Source: Planctomycetota bacterium (GTDB lineage: Bacteria; Planctomycetota; Phycisphaerae; Phycisphaerales; UBA5793). Taken from it: a DNA stretch of 64,000 nt. The translations under genes were made by a program, and so were the position numbers. The notes below the pieces were generated by a model. That model had not been told where the DNA came from, made no database searches, and saw only the letters and a list, made by a program, of their open reading frames with translations. The stretch spans positions 74,874-138,873 of the forward strand of contig CAUJHZ010000025.1 of the NCBI GenBank assembly GCA_963205185.1, read 5' to 3'. Positions 1 to 9,022 of the stretch are shown one piece after another (the stretch's first letter is position 1; each line of letters opens with the position of its first letter).

Positions 1-135
1 AGCGGCGAGGCGGCAGAAACGGGCGTGGCGAATCTTCACGATCATCTCCCGGGGGCGCGGATGGGCGTCAGAATCAATCATATCGAGCGGAGGACCGGGG
101 CGTCTTGAGGCCGCGATCACGGCCGGCAACGGCCT

Positions 136-798
136 TTACCAGCCCTTGATGCGAAACAGAGCGATGGTGCAGCAGGAATTACCCAGGCGGTCCACCATCT
201 CGACGTGCCGCAGGTAGGGCGACTGGACCGGCAGACCCCGCTCGGCGCAGCGGCTCTGCCAGACCTCGATGTCGTGCCTGGCGGTCTCCGTGCCCGCGGT
301 AAACAGAACCAGCAGCACCGCGGCGTGGCTGATCTCTTCGGCACGGGCCAGTTTGGCCACGTCCCGGCGGACGGGCTGCTGGAGGGCGGAGGCGTACGAC
401 GCGTTCGCCCCTTCCTCCAGGAACTGACTGACGACCTTCACCTCGAGCCACAGCGCCTGGCTGGGCTCCGTCGAGCGGTCGGCGGCAAAGAGCGTCGAAA
501 CCGACTCCTCTTCAACCAGCGGACGATCGGCGGGGCAAAGCACGAAGTCGCACCGCTCCCCCTCCGAGCGCCGCCGGCGGCCGCGAGCGATGGGGTAGCG
601 CTGCTCACGGTGCACGGCGTATCCCGATTCGCGGAGGATGGCGTCGATGACGGCGTGGAACTGCAGTTCGCTCAGGCTGTCGAGCCCGCGGACGGCCTGG
701 GCCTGCCGGTCCGCCTCCGAGCGCGCCTGAACGCCGCGCCGCAGCGCATCGGCAATTTCCGGCAGGGACCAGTCCACGGGGACGACTTCATCTTCCAT
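136..798 (-). CDS. Hypothetical protein with PD-(D/E)xK nuclease-like motifs
   Basis: Track ORF 136..1119(-) trimmed to the internal ATG at 796-798 (MEDEVVPVDW...). The upstream part of the ORF is Arg/Pro-rich shadow sequence overlapping the HDAC gene. GERCDFVLC followed by LWLEVKVV fits the D...(D/E)xK arrangement. Confidence 0.5.
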   Translation of the reverse strand: MEDEVVPVDWSLPEIADALRRGVQARSEADRQAQAVRGLDSLSELQFHAVIDAILRESGYAVHREQRYPIARGRRRRSEGERCDFVLCPADRPLVEEESVSTLFAADRSTEPSQALWLEVKVVSQFLEEGANASYASALQQPVRRDVAKLARAEEISHAAVLLVLFTAGTETARHDIEVWQSRCAERGLPVQSPYLRHVEMVDRLGNSCCTIALFRIKGW

Positions 799-860
799 TG
801 AGACAACGATACGGCAGCGGCACACTGTCGCCCGAGGCGCCGTGGGAGTGAAACGAGCCG

Positions 861-1826
861 ATGCTGGTCTTTCAGGAACCCATTGCGGCCCGACACGACA
901 CCGGCCTGCACCACCCGGAGCGAGCCGCGCGGCTGGACGCCGTCGCACAGGCCCTGCTCGAACTCGACCTGCGGCCCCGCGGCCTGCAAGGCACAGACTG
1001 GGCGGACTCGAAGGAAGTGATCGCTTTTGTGCAGCGGCTGCACGAGCGGGCATACGTGCAGCGATTCCATCGCGCCTGCGAAACCGGCCGACCGTACCTG
1101 GACGTGGTGGACTGCGCAATCAGCCCGGACTCGTTCACAGCGGCGACCGCGGCGGCCGGTTGCGCGCTGGCGGCGGCGGACGCGGTTATGCGCGGACCGG
1201 ACCGCGCAGCGCTTTCGGCCATGCGTCCGCCCGGCCACCACGCTGAGGCTGACCGTGCGATGGGCTTCTGCTTTTTCAATAACATCGCGCTGGCGGCCGA
1301 GCGATTGCTGGTCGATCACGGGCTGCAGCGCGTGGCGATCGTCGATTTCGACGTGCACCATGGCAACGGGACGCAGCATCTCTTCGAGTCGCGCGGCGAT
1401 GTGCTGTACATCTCGACCCACCAGCACCCGGCCACGCTGTACCCTGGCACCGGATACGAATGGGAGCGAGGCGCGCGGGGCACGCCGGGCGAAGGCTGCA
1501 CCATCAACATCCCCCTGCGGCCGGGTTGCGGGCACGGCGAAGCGCTGCGGACATACGAAACCATCGTGATTGCCGCGCTGGAGCGGTTTCGACCCGAGGC
1601 GCTGCTGCTCTCCGCCGGCTTCGACGCCGACGAACGCGATCCGCTGGCGGCTCTGCGCTGGAGGCCGCAAACGTTTGAGGTGATCACCGGAATGCTCGCG
1701 CAGGCGGCTGCAAGTCACTGCGGCGGAAGGATCGTTACGGTGCTGGAGGGCGGATACGATACCGGCGCCTTGTCGGAAGGTCTGAAGGGACATCTCTCCG
1801 CGATCATCTCGCGGACCAACGGCTGA
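861..1826 (+). CDS. Histone deacetylase-family amidohydrolase (HDAC / acetoin-utilisation / acetylpolyamine type)
   Basis: 321-aa ORF with the family motifs RPPGHHAEADRAMGFCFFNN, VDFDVHHGNGTQ and VLEGGY. The competing 373-aa antisense ORF has junk composition. Confidence 0.9.
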   Translation: MLVFQEPIAARHDTGLHHPERAARLDAVAQALLELDLRPRGLQGTDWADSKEVIAFVQRLHERAYVQRFHRACETGRPYLDVVDCAISPDSFTAATAAAGCALAAADAVMRGPDRAALSAMRPPGHHAEADRAMGFCFFNNIALAAERLLVDHGLQRVAIVDFDVHHGNGTQHLFESRGDVLYISTHQHPATLYPGTGYEWERGARGTPGEGCTINIPLRPGCGHGEALRTYETIVIAALERFRPEALLLSAGFDADERDPLAALRWRPQTFEVITGMLAQAAASHCGGRIVTVLEGGYDTGALSEGLKGHLSAIISRTNG

Positions 1827-1830
1827 TCGA

Positions 1831-2799
1831 GTGCAGTTGAACTACCTCATCGATCCATCCCTGAAGCGGCTCACCATCAACGGCTTTGCGTTTCCACTGG
1901 GCTGGACTCCAAGCGACGGGCAGCGGCCGTTCGAGGGTTACACGATCTCGCGGCTCGATCCCGATCTCGAACTGCCCGACACGCACCAGTTCCAGGTCGC
2001 CGTTTCCCACGAGCGGCTTAAACCCCTGCTGGCGCGGCTCTTTGCGATGCTTCCCGAACTCGTCTACCCCATTCTCGAGATCATCTCGACGGACGCCTAC
2101 CGCCAGGTTGACACGCTCATGAGTCCCGAGCCGGTTCCCAAGCCCGAGTTCATGGCCACGTGGACCGAGTTTGAGCCCCTCCTGATCGACGACTGCGCCC
2201 TGGCCGCCGGCGCGATGAGCGAGGAGCCCTACGTCGAGGTCTTCCTCGAGGCGAACAAGTTCATCATCATCAACATCGCCAGCGAGTACAGCCAGGCGCT
2301 CGAAGCCGAACTGCAGAGTCAGGGGTTGCAGGAAGTGCCGAGCCACTGGATCGACGACGATGAGTGCATGGATGAGTTCCGCAGCGTGGTGCTGGAAAAG
2401 GACGGGCTGATGACACTCGATGAAGTCATCGTCCACCTTCAGCGGCTCTGGCGCCTTGAACTGAACGTCGATCCCGACGGCAACCCCGACGAGAGCGGGC
2501 GCGATCTGGGCGTCACGCTCTGGCACATCGTCGTGCTGGCGGTCCGCCGCGACCAGCAGCCCCCTACCGACAGCGCTCGCATCGAGATATGGCTCTCCGC
2601 CGCGTCGCTTGGGCAGGTTGAAGAACTCGTCGCCGATGTCTTCGACCAACTCAAGGAATGGGACATCGACACGATGGTGAGCCAGGACCGCGTCGCCTTC
2701 GACGATCGGCCCCGCGAACTGAATGATCTCGAACACGGCTCAAATGAGACGGGCGTCTGGGCTGTCTCGGTGCAGCCGCTCGAATCGCGCAGCCACTGA
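1831..2799 (+). CDS. Hypothetical acidic protein (no recognisable family)
   Basis: 322-aa ORF with a GTG start 4 nt after the HDAC stop. Composition is balanced and Asp/Glu-rich, unlike the Arg/Pro-rich shadow ORFs on the other strand. Confidence 0.6.
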   Translation: MQLNYLIDPSLKRLTINGFAFPLGWTPSDGQRPFEGYTISRLDPDLELPDTHQFQVAVSHERLKPLLARLFAMLPELVYPILEIISTDAYRQVDTLMSPEPVPKPEFMATWTEFEPLLIDDCALAAGAMSEEPYVEVFLEANKFIIINIASEYSQALEAELQSQGLQEVPSHWIDDDECMDEFRSVVLEKDGLMTLDEVIVHLQRLWRLELNVDPDGNPDESGRDLGVTLWHIVVLAVRRDQQPPTDSARIEIWLSAASLGQVEELVADVFDQLKEWDIDTMVSQDRVAFDDRPRELNDLEHGSNETGVWAVSVQPLESRSH

Positions 2800-2800
2800 A

Positions 2801-4231
<1,431 letters not shown>

Positions 4232-4440
4232 CCGGCTTCAGAGCATATGCCGCAGGCCGCTGGACCGTTGACGGCGGGTCCGAAAACGCGGTCTGCTCCC
4301 GATCCGCCCCCGCCGGCCGCTGGCTCTGCAAGTCGTGCGGCCGAGGCTGGATTGAAACCCGTCCCGGCGCCTCAGCCCCGGCCTCGAATGGCCGATAGGA
4401 CCGAGAGAATCTTCGATCGCGCCGGCCCGGGAAGCACCTG

Positions 4441-5376
4441 ATGGAAAGCCGTCCCCAGATTCAGACTCCGCACGCCTCGCCCGCTCTGCGGCACATCCGC
4501 CTGAGCGTGACGGTCTGCGCGTGGATCGTCGGGCTCGCGCTGTTCGTGCAGGTACTCACGTGGGCGCTGGTCAATTACACGGATCTGCGCGTCGCCAATA
4601 TCCAGCCGACGGCGACGGAGTACCAGCCGACCGTTGTGAAGAAAACCCGTCAGCCCCGCGGCGAGATCCGCTCTCTGACCGGCGTCGAGCCCAAGCCCGT
4701 CGAAGAACCTGAGATTCCCAAGAATGAACCGGCGCCGGAGGTGAACCAGTCCGCCAGTCGGTTCAACATCTGGTTTCGCCTGCAACACCAGTTGGCGCTC
4801 GTAGCCGGCATTGCCGGATGTCTGGCGTTGTGTGTGCAATTGGCCGTGGGCACGGTCGTGTCCGCGGGCGCGCAGGTGTTCGGCATCCGTCGTGTCGTAT
4901 CCGCGCAGGCGTGGTCGATGGCGCTTCTGGCCCTGTGCCTGCCGTGGCAGCGGCTGGCGAGCGAGTTTCCATTCGGCGGCATCTTCACCACCTACGACGT
5001 AATGGCCGCCGCGAGCGATGCATACGGGGCAGGCGCCGCCGACGCCATGCCCGGGCTGCTCTTCTACGGCAGGTTCTTTCTACTGCCCGTCGCGACCCTG
5101 TGCGCGACGACGCTCGTTGGCCTGCGCTTCGCCTCAGGAATCGAAACCGGCATCGTGTCCTCGGGGCCGACCGCAGAAGAACTGGCGATTGAGGCCGAAG
5201 CGAGCAATCGCAAGGCGGGCAGCCTGATGGGCGCGGGCCGCATCGGAGGCGCGCTCGAATCGACACTGAAAAAGCCTGCGACGAGCCCGGTCGTCAATCC
5301 GCCTGATCCATTCTTGGCAGCGCGGCCTCAGCCCGAACCCGCGATGGCCGAACCGCCGTCGCGGCGACCCATCTGA
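4441..5376 (+). CDS. Hypothetical integral membrane protein
   Basis: 311-aa ORF with several hydrophobic helices (for example VCAWIVGLALFVQVLTWALV and LALVAGIAGCLALCVQLAVG) and a Pro-rich tail. No family recognised. Confidence 0.6.
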   Translation: MESRPQIQTPHASPALRHIRLSVTVCAWIVGLALFVQVLTWALVNYTDLRVANIQPTATEYQPTVVKKTRQPRGEIRSLTGVEPKPVEEPEIPKNEPAPEVNQSASRFNIWFRLQHQLALVAGIAGCLALCVQLAVGTVVSAGAQVFGIRRVVSAQAWSMALLALCLPWQRLASEFPFGGIFTTYDVMAAASDAYGAGAADAMPGLLFYGRFFLLPVATLCATTLVGLRFASGIETGIVSSGPTAEELAIEAEASNRKAGSLMGAGRIGGALESTLKKPATSPVVNPPDPFLAARPQPEPAMAEPPSRRPI

Positions 5377-5395
5377 ACTCTCGATTCACTCACGC

Positions 5396-5995
5396 TTACG
5401 CCGGCGCGGTGGCGCGCAGCGCACTCTCCCAGCGACGGCAACTGTCGCACCCGCCACACGGCCGCTGGGTGTCGTGATCGCACCACCATGCCAGCGTGGT
5501 CGGCACGCCGCTGCCGGCGATGAGATCCACAATCTGTTCATCCGTGCAGTCGAGCACCGGCGTGCGGATTTCCGGCGCCGGCCGCGAAGGAGATGCGTCG
5601 AGATCCGCCAAGTGCGCAGCGCACATCGTGACCTCGTGCAGCACCGCCATCCGGTCGAGGTCCATTCCCGCCTGGCACGGCCACACGAGGCGGCTGCAGC
5701 GCAGGATGCGAGCGGTGCAAAGCGCCGCCAGCAGCAGTCCGGCGTCCTCGAGAGCCGACGAGGCCGAGCGGACTGGTCCGCCCTCGACGGCCACGCGCGC
5801 TGTGCCGGGGCCCACGGGCCGGTCGATGCCGAAGTGTTCCGCCTGGCGAGCGACCGCGGCCAGGCAGCGCGGCGCGGCGACCTGGCCCATTGCGGGAACC
5901 CATAGCACCGCCTGGTCGGGCCGATCCTGCAGGGCCAGAGCGGCCAGTGCAGGCAGCGATCCGTCGGAGATGATCAGGCGGCGCGGCGTCAACAT
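5396..5995 (-). CDS. QueC-like protein with a degenerate PP-loop (paralog of 7-cyano-7-deazaguanine synthase)
   Basis: Track ORF trimmed to the ATG at 5993-5995 (MLTPRRLIISDGSLPALAAL). The C-terminal motif WWCDHDTQRPCGGCDSCRRW resembles the QueC zinc cysteine cluster. The position of the SGGxDS PP-loop reads SDGSLP instead. Confidence 0.55.
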   Translation of the reverse strand: MLTPRRLIISDGSLPALAALALQDRPDQAVLWVPAMGQVAAPRCLAAVARQAEHFGIDRPVGPGTARVAVEGGPVRSASSALEDAGLLLAALCTARILRCSRLVWPCQAGMDLDRMAVLHEVTMCAAHLADLDASPSRPAPEIRTPVLDCTDEQIVDLIAGSGVPTTLAWWCDHDTQRPCGGCDSCRRWESALRATAPA

Positions 5996-6120
5996 CCGAT
6001 GGCTTATCGGCTTGCGTTCGGTTGAAACTTGCGTTTCGGGTGGATCCCAGCCTTGAAGCCGCACGACCGGCCGTCAAGGATCGCTTTCCATTTCTGAGCT
6101 TCTCTCCCGAAAGACCCCCC

Positions 6121-7110
6121 ATGAAGTACGCTGCCGAACGCCAGGCCGCCGTGAACGCCGTCCTCGACGCCTGTCACCTGTGCAAAACCGTCCAGGCCAC
6201 CCTGATTTCCGAAGAAACCATGGCCAAGAAGGACAAGTCGCCGGTGACGGTGGCGGACTTCGGCGCCCAGGCCGTAGTCGTGGATCACCTCCGCCGGGCG
6301 TTCCCCAACGATCCGCTGGTGGGAGAAGAAGACGCCGGCGCGTTGCGCGGCGACGAAGGAGCCGAGCTGCGCCGCAAGGTGGTCGCGAGTGTGCAGAAGG
6401 TGCGGCGGCAGATGACCGAGGGCGCGATTCTCGACGCCATCGATCGCGGCATGTACGAAGGCGGGCCCAAGGGGCGACACTGGACGCTCGACCCCATCGA
6501 CGGCACCAAGGGCTTTTTACGCAATGACCAGTATGCCGTGGCGCTGGCGCTGATCGAAGATGGCAAGGTGGTGCTCGGCGTGCTGGGATGCCCGAGTCTG
6601 CCGCATGATGGCAAGAAGCCCGACGGGCCGGCCGGCTGTCTGTTCATCGCCGTGCAGGGCCAGGGCGCAAGGATGCGGACGCTGGACGATCCGACAGAAC
6701 ACAAGATTCACGTCACGAACATCAGCGATCCGAGCCAGGCGAGTTTTTGCGAGTCGGTCGAGTCGGCGCACTCGGCGCAGGATGACTCGGCGAAAGTCGC
6801 GGAACTGCTGGGCATCAGCGTGCCCCCCTATCGCATCGACAGCCAGTGCAAGTATGCGGCCGTCTCGCGCGGCGACGCGTCAATCTACCTCCGCCTGCCG
6901 ACGAAGAAGGGCTACGAGGAAAAGATCTGGGATCACGCGGCGGGTTGCATTGTGATTCAGGAGGCGGGCGGCCGCGCGACGGACGTGCGCGGCCACGACC
7001 TGGACTTCTCCATCGGCCGCACCCTGCGCGACAATCTCGGCGTGGTAGTGACCAACGGTATTCTGCATGACCGCGTGGTCGCCGCGGTGCGGAAGGTGCT
7101 GGGGGTCTGA
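6121..7110 (+). CDS. 3'(2'),5'-bisphosphate nucleotidase (inositol monophosphatase superfamily, HAL2/CysQ-like)
   Basis: Start taken at ATG 6121 (MKYAAERQAAV). Motifs are PVTVADFGAQ, WTLDPIDGTKGF and WDHAAG. Confidence 0.85.
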   Translation: MKYAAERQAAVNAVLDACHLCKTVQATLISEETMAKKDKSPVTVADFGAQAVVVDHLRRAFPNDPLVGEEDAGALRGDEGAELRRKVVASVQKVRRQMTEGAILDAIDRGMYEGGPKGRHWTLDPIDGTKGFLRNDQYAVALALIEDGKVVLGVLGCPSLPHDGKKPDGPAGCLFIAVQGQGARMRTLDDPTEHKIHVTNISDPSQASFCESVESAHSAQDDSAKVAELLGISVPPYRIDSQCKYAAVSRGDASIYLRLPTKKGYEEKIWDHAAGCIVIQEAGGRATDVRGHDLDFSIGRTLRDNLGVVVTNGILHDRVVAAVRKVLGV

Positions 7111-7124
7111 CGAAGTCGTTCGTC

Positions 7125-7400
7125 GCACCCAACACGCCCCGGAGGGGCGCAACAGCGTAGCCACGGGTGGAGCGATGCGCAGCGCGCGGAACCCGTGGAA
7201 TGGGGCGCGCGTTTGGGCGCCGCCCCGGGAGGGGCGACAGAGGCGTCCGAACCGTCTGCGCGCGACGCGCTCCGGTGGCTTCTATCGCCCTGTCGGGGCT
7301 TGATTCGTTTCCTGACGACATCCACGGGTTCCGCTGCGCCGCGGGCGGCTGCGCTGCACCCGCGGCTACGCTCGTTCACTCCTTCGGAGTTGAAGGCATT
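7125..7400. repeat. REP-like palindromic elements in a 570-nt intergenic region
   Basis: CCACGGGT (7161-7168) and ACCCGTGG (7191-7198) form an 8-bp stem. GCGGAACCCGTGGA (7186-7199) recurs inverted as TCCACGGGTTCCGC (7321-7334). CCGCGGG (7339-7345) pairs with CCCGCGG (7359-7365). CCCCGG(G)AGGGGCG occurs twice (7137-7149 and 7223-7236). Confidence 0.4.
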
Positions 7401-7682
7401 CCCTTGCAGACCCGCGATGGCGCCGCCTCCAGACCGCGGCGCTGGTGCGGCAAACGCCTCATGTAGAGGGCCCGGCTCGCCGGTACCATCACCTTTCGGG
7501 CCTGTTGCCCAACTCTTGCGTTCGCGGCGCAGCGCCTGCCCTGCTGCGGCTCGCGGACACCTGTCTGCGCAGGCAATGACGGCGCCGACGGACATCAGAT
7601 CTTCACGAAGCGGCTGAAGCGGACGGCGCGACGATTCGTGCGCGTTTCAGCCGGCGAGGCTGCAGACAGGACGGCTTATTGG

Positions 7683-9002
7683 ATGCGACGTCTTCGCGTG
7701 TTCTGGGAAGCGCTGCGCACGAGCCTGTGGTTCGTGCCGGGGCTGCTCGTGCTCGGCTCGATCGTTCTCGCGCAGATACTTATCGAGGTGGATCACCGCC
7801 TCGATCCGCAGGCGATGCAGGATCGATGGCCGCGCCTCTTCGGCGCCGGCGCCGAGGGGGCGCGGGCCGTGCTGGCCACGATTGCCGGTTCGATGATCAA
7901 CCTCGCCGCGCTCGCGTTTTCGATCACCATCGTCGCGCTGACGCTGGCCGCCAGTCAGTACACCTCGCGCGTGCTGCGCAACTTCATGCGCGACCGGGTG
8001 AACCAAGTCGTGCTCGGGTCGTTCGTAAGCATCTTCGTCTACTGCCTGCTCGTGCTGCGCACCATCCGCGGCACGGACGAATTCGAGTTCGTCCCCGTCG
8101 CGTCCGTGCTCTTTGCCGTGGTGCTCGCATTCGTGGGCATCGGCTGTCTCATTGTCTTCATCCACCACATCGCCTCGCTCATCCAGGCGGAGAGCATCGT
8201 GCGCGCCGCGATGGAGGAGACCATCGCAACCATCGACGTCGAATTCCCGGAACCGTGTGCTGACAACAACGAGCCGCAGACATCGATGCGCCTGCCCGCC
8301 GACAAACTCTCCTGGCAGGCGATTCCATCCCGCGTCACGGGATACCTGCAGCGCGTGGACGACGCCGCCCTGCTTGAATTCGCGGAGGCGAATGCCACCA
8401 TCGTGCGCATGGAGCGGTGTGTAGGCGACTTTGTCGTGCGCGGCTGTCCGCTCGCCTCGATGAGCAGCGCGCTTCCGCCCGATGACGCGAGGATCAATGC
8501 GTTCGCGGAGGTATATGACATCGGCCGGCGGCGCACCATGGTGCAGGATGCGGGTTACGGGGTCCGGCAAATCGTGGATGTCGCGCTCAAAGCGCTCTCG
8601 CCGGGCGTCAACGACACGACCACCGCCGTGACGTGCGTGCAGCATCTGACGGCCATTCTCGTGCACCTGGCCCAGCGGCAGGTACCTTCGCGCTATCGCG
8701 TAAAAGACGGTCAGCTGCGAGTCATCGCCAGCACGCCGACGTTTCAAAGCCTCGCCGCTGAGTCGTTCGACCAGATCAGGCAGAACGCCGCGGGCAACGT
8801 CGCGATCCTGCTGGCGCTGCTGCAGGCGCTCGAAACGATTGCCGATCGCACGAGCCGCGATGAACATCGGCAGGCGCTGCGCCGGCAAGTCGAGATGATC
8901 GACCACCTGGCGGCGACGAGCATTCCCGAGCAACGCGACCGAGAGAGCCTGGAGGCGGCCCGGGTGCGGGTGCGAAAGGCGCTCGGCGAGGCGTCCGACT
9001 GA
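7683..9002 (+). CDS. DUF2254-type membrane protein
   Basis: The N-terminus MRRLRVFWEALRTSLWFVPGLLVLGSIVL plus further TM helices, followed by a soluble C-terminal domain, matches the DUF2254 architecture from memory. The ATG at 7683 is preferred over the GTG at 7638. Confidence 0.75.
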   Translation: MRRLRVFWEALRTSLWFVPGLLVLGSIVLAQILIEVDHRLDPQAMQDRWPRLFGAGAEGARAVLATIAGSMINLAALAFSITIVALTLAASQYTSRVLRNFMRDRVNQVVLGSFVSIFVYCLLVLRTIRGTDEFEFVPVASVLFAVVLAFVGIGCLIVFIHHIASLIQAESIVRAAMEETIATIDVEFPEPCADNNEPQTSMRLPADKLSWQAIPSRVTGYLQRVDDAALLEFAEANATIVRMERCVGDFVVRGCPLASMSSALPPDDARINAFAEVYDIGRRRTMVQDAGYGVRQIVDVALKALSPGVNDTTTAVTCVQHLTAILVHLAQRQVPSRYRVKDGQLRVIASTPTFQSLAAESFDQIRQNAAGNVAILLALLQALETIADRTSRDEHRQALRRQVEMIDHLAATSIPEQRDRESLEAARVRVRKALGEASD

Positions 9003-9022
9003 AAGGCGGTTGCCTGACGCCG

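Noticed and set aside
1-44. Possible minus-strand gene start (GGGAG-N-ATG at 42-44, MIVKIRHARFCRLAA...) leaving the window
   Set aside because: Only 14 codons are visible, which is too short to evaluate.
672-1793. 373-aa minus-strand ORF, plus the N-terminal 107 aa of ORF 136..1119
   Set aside because: They are antisense to or overlap the HDAC-family gene, and their composition is Arg/Pro/Ala-rich.
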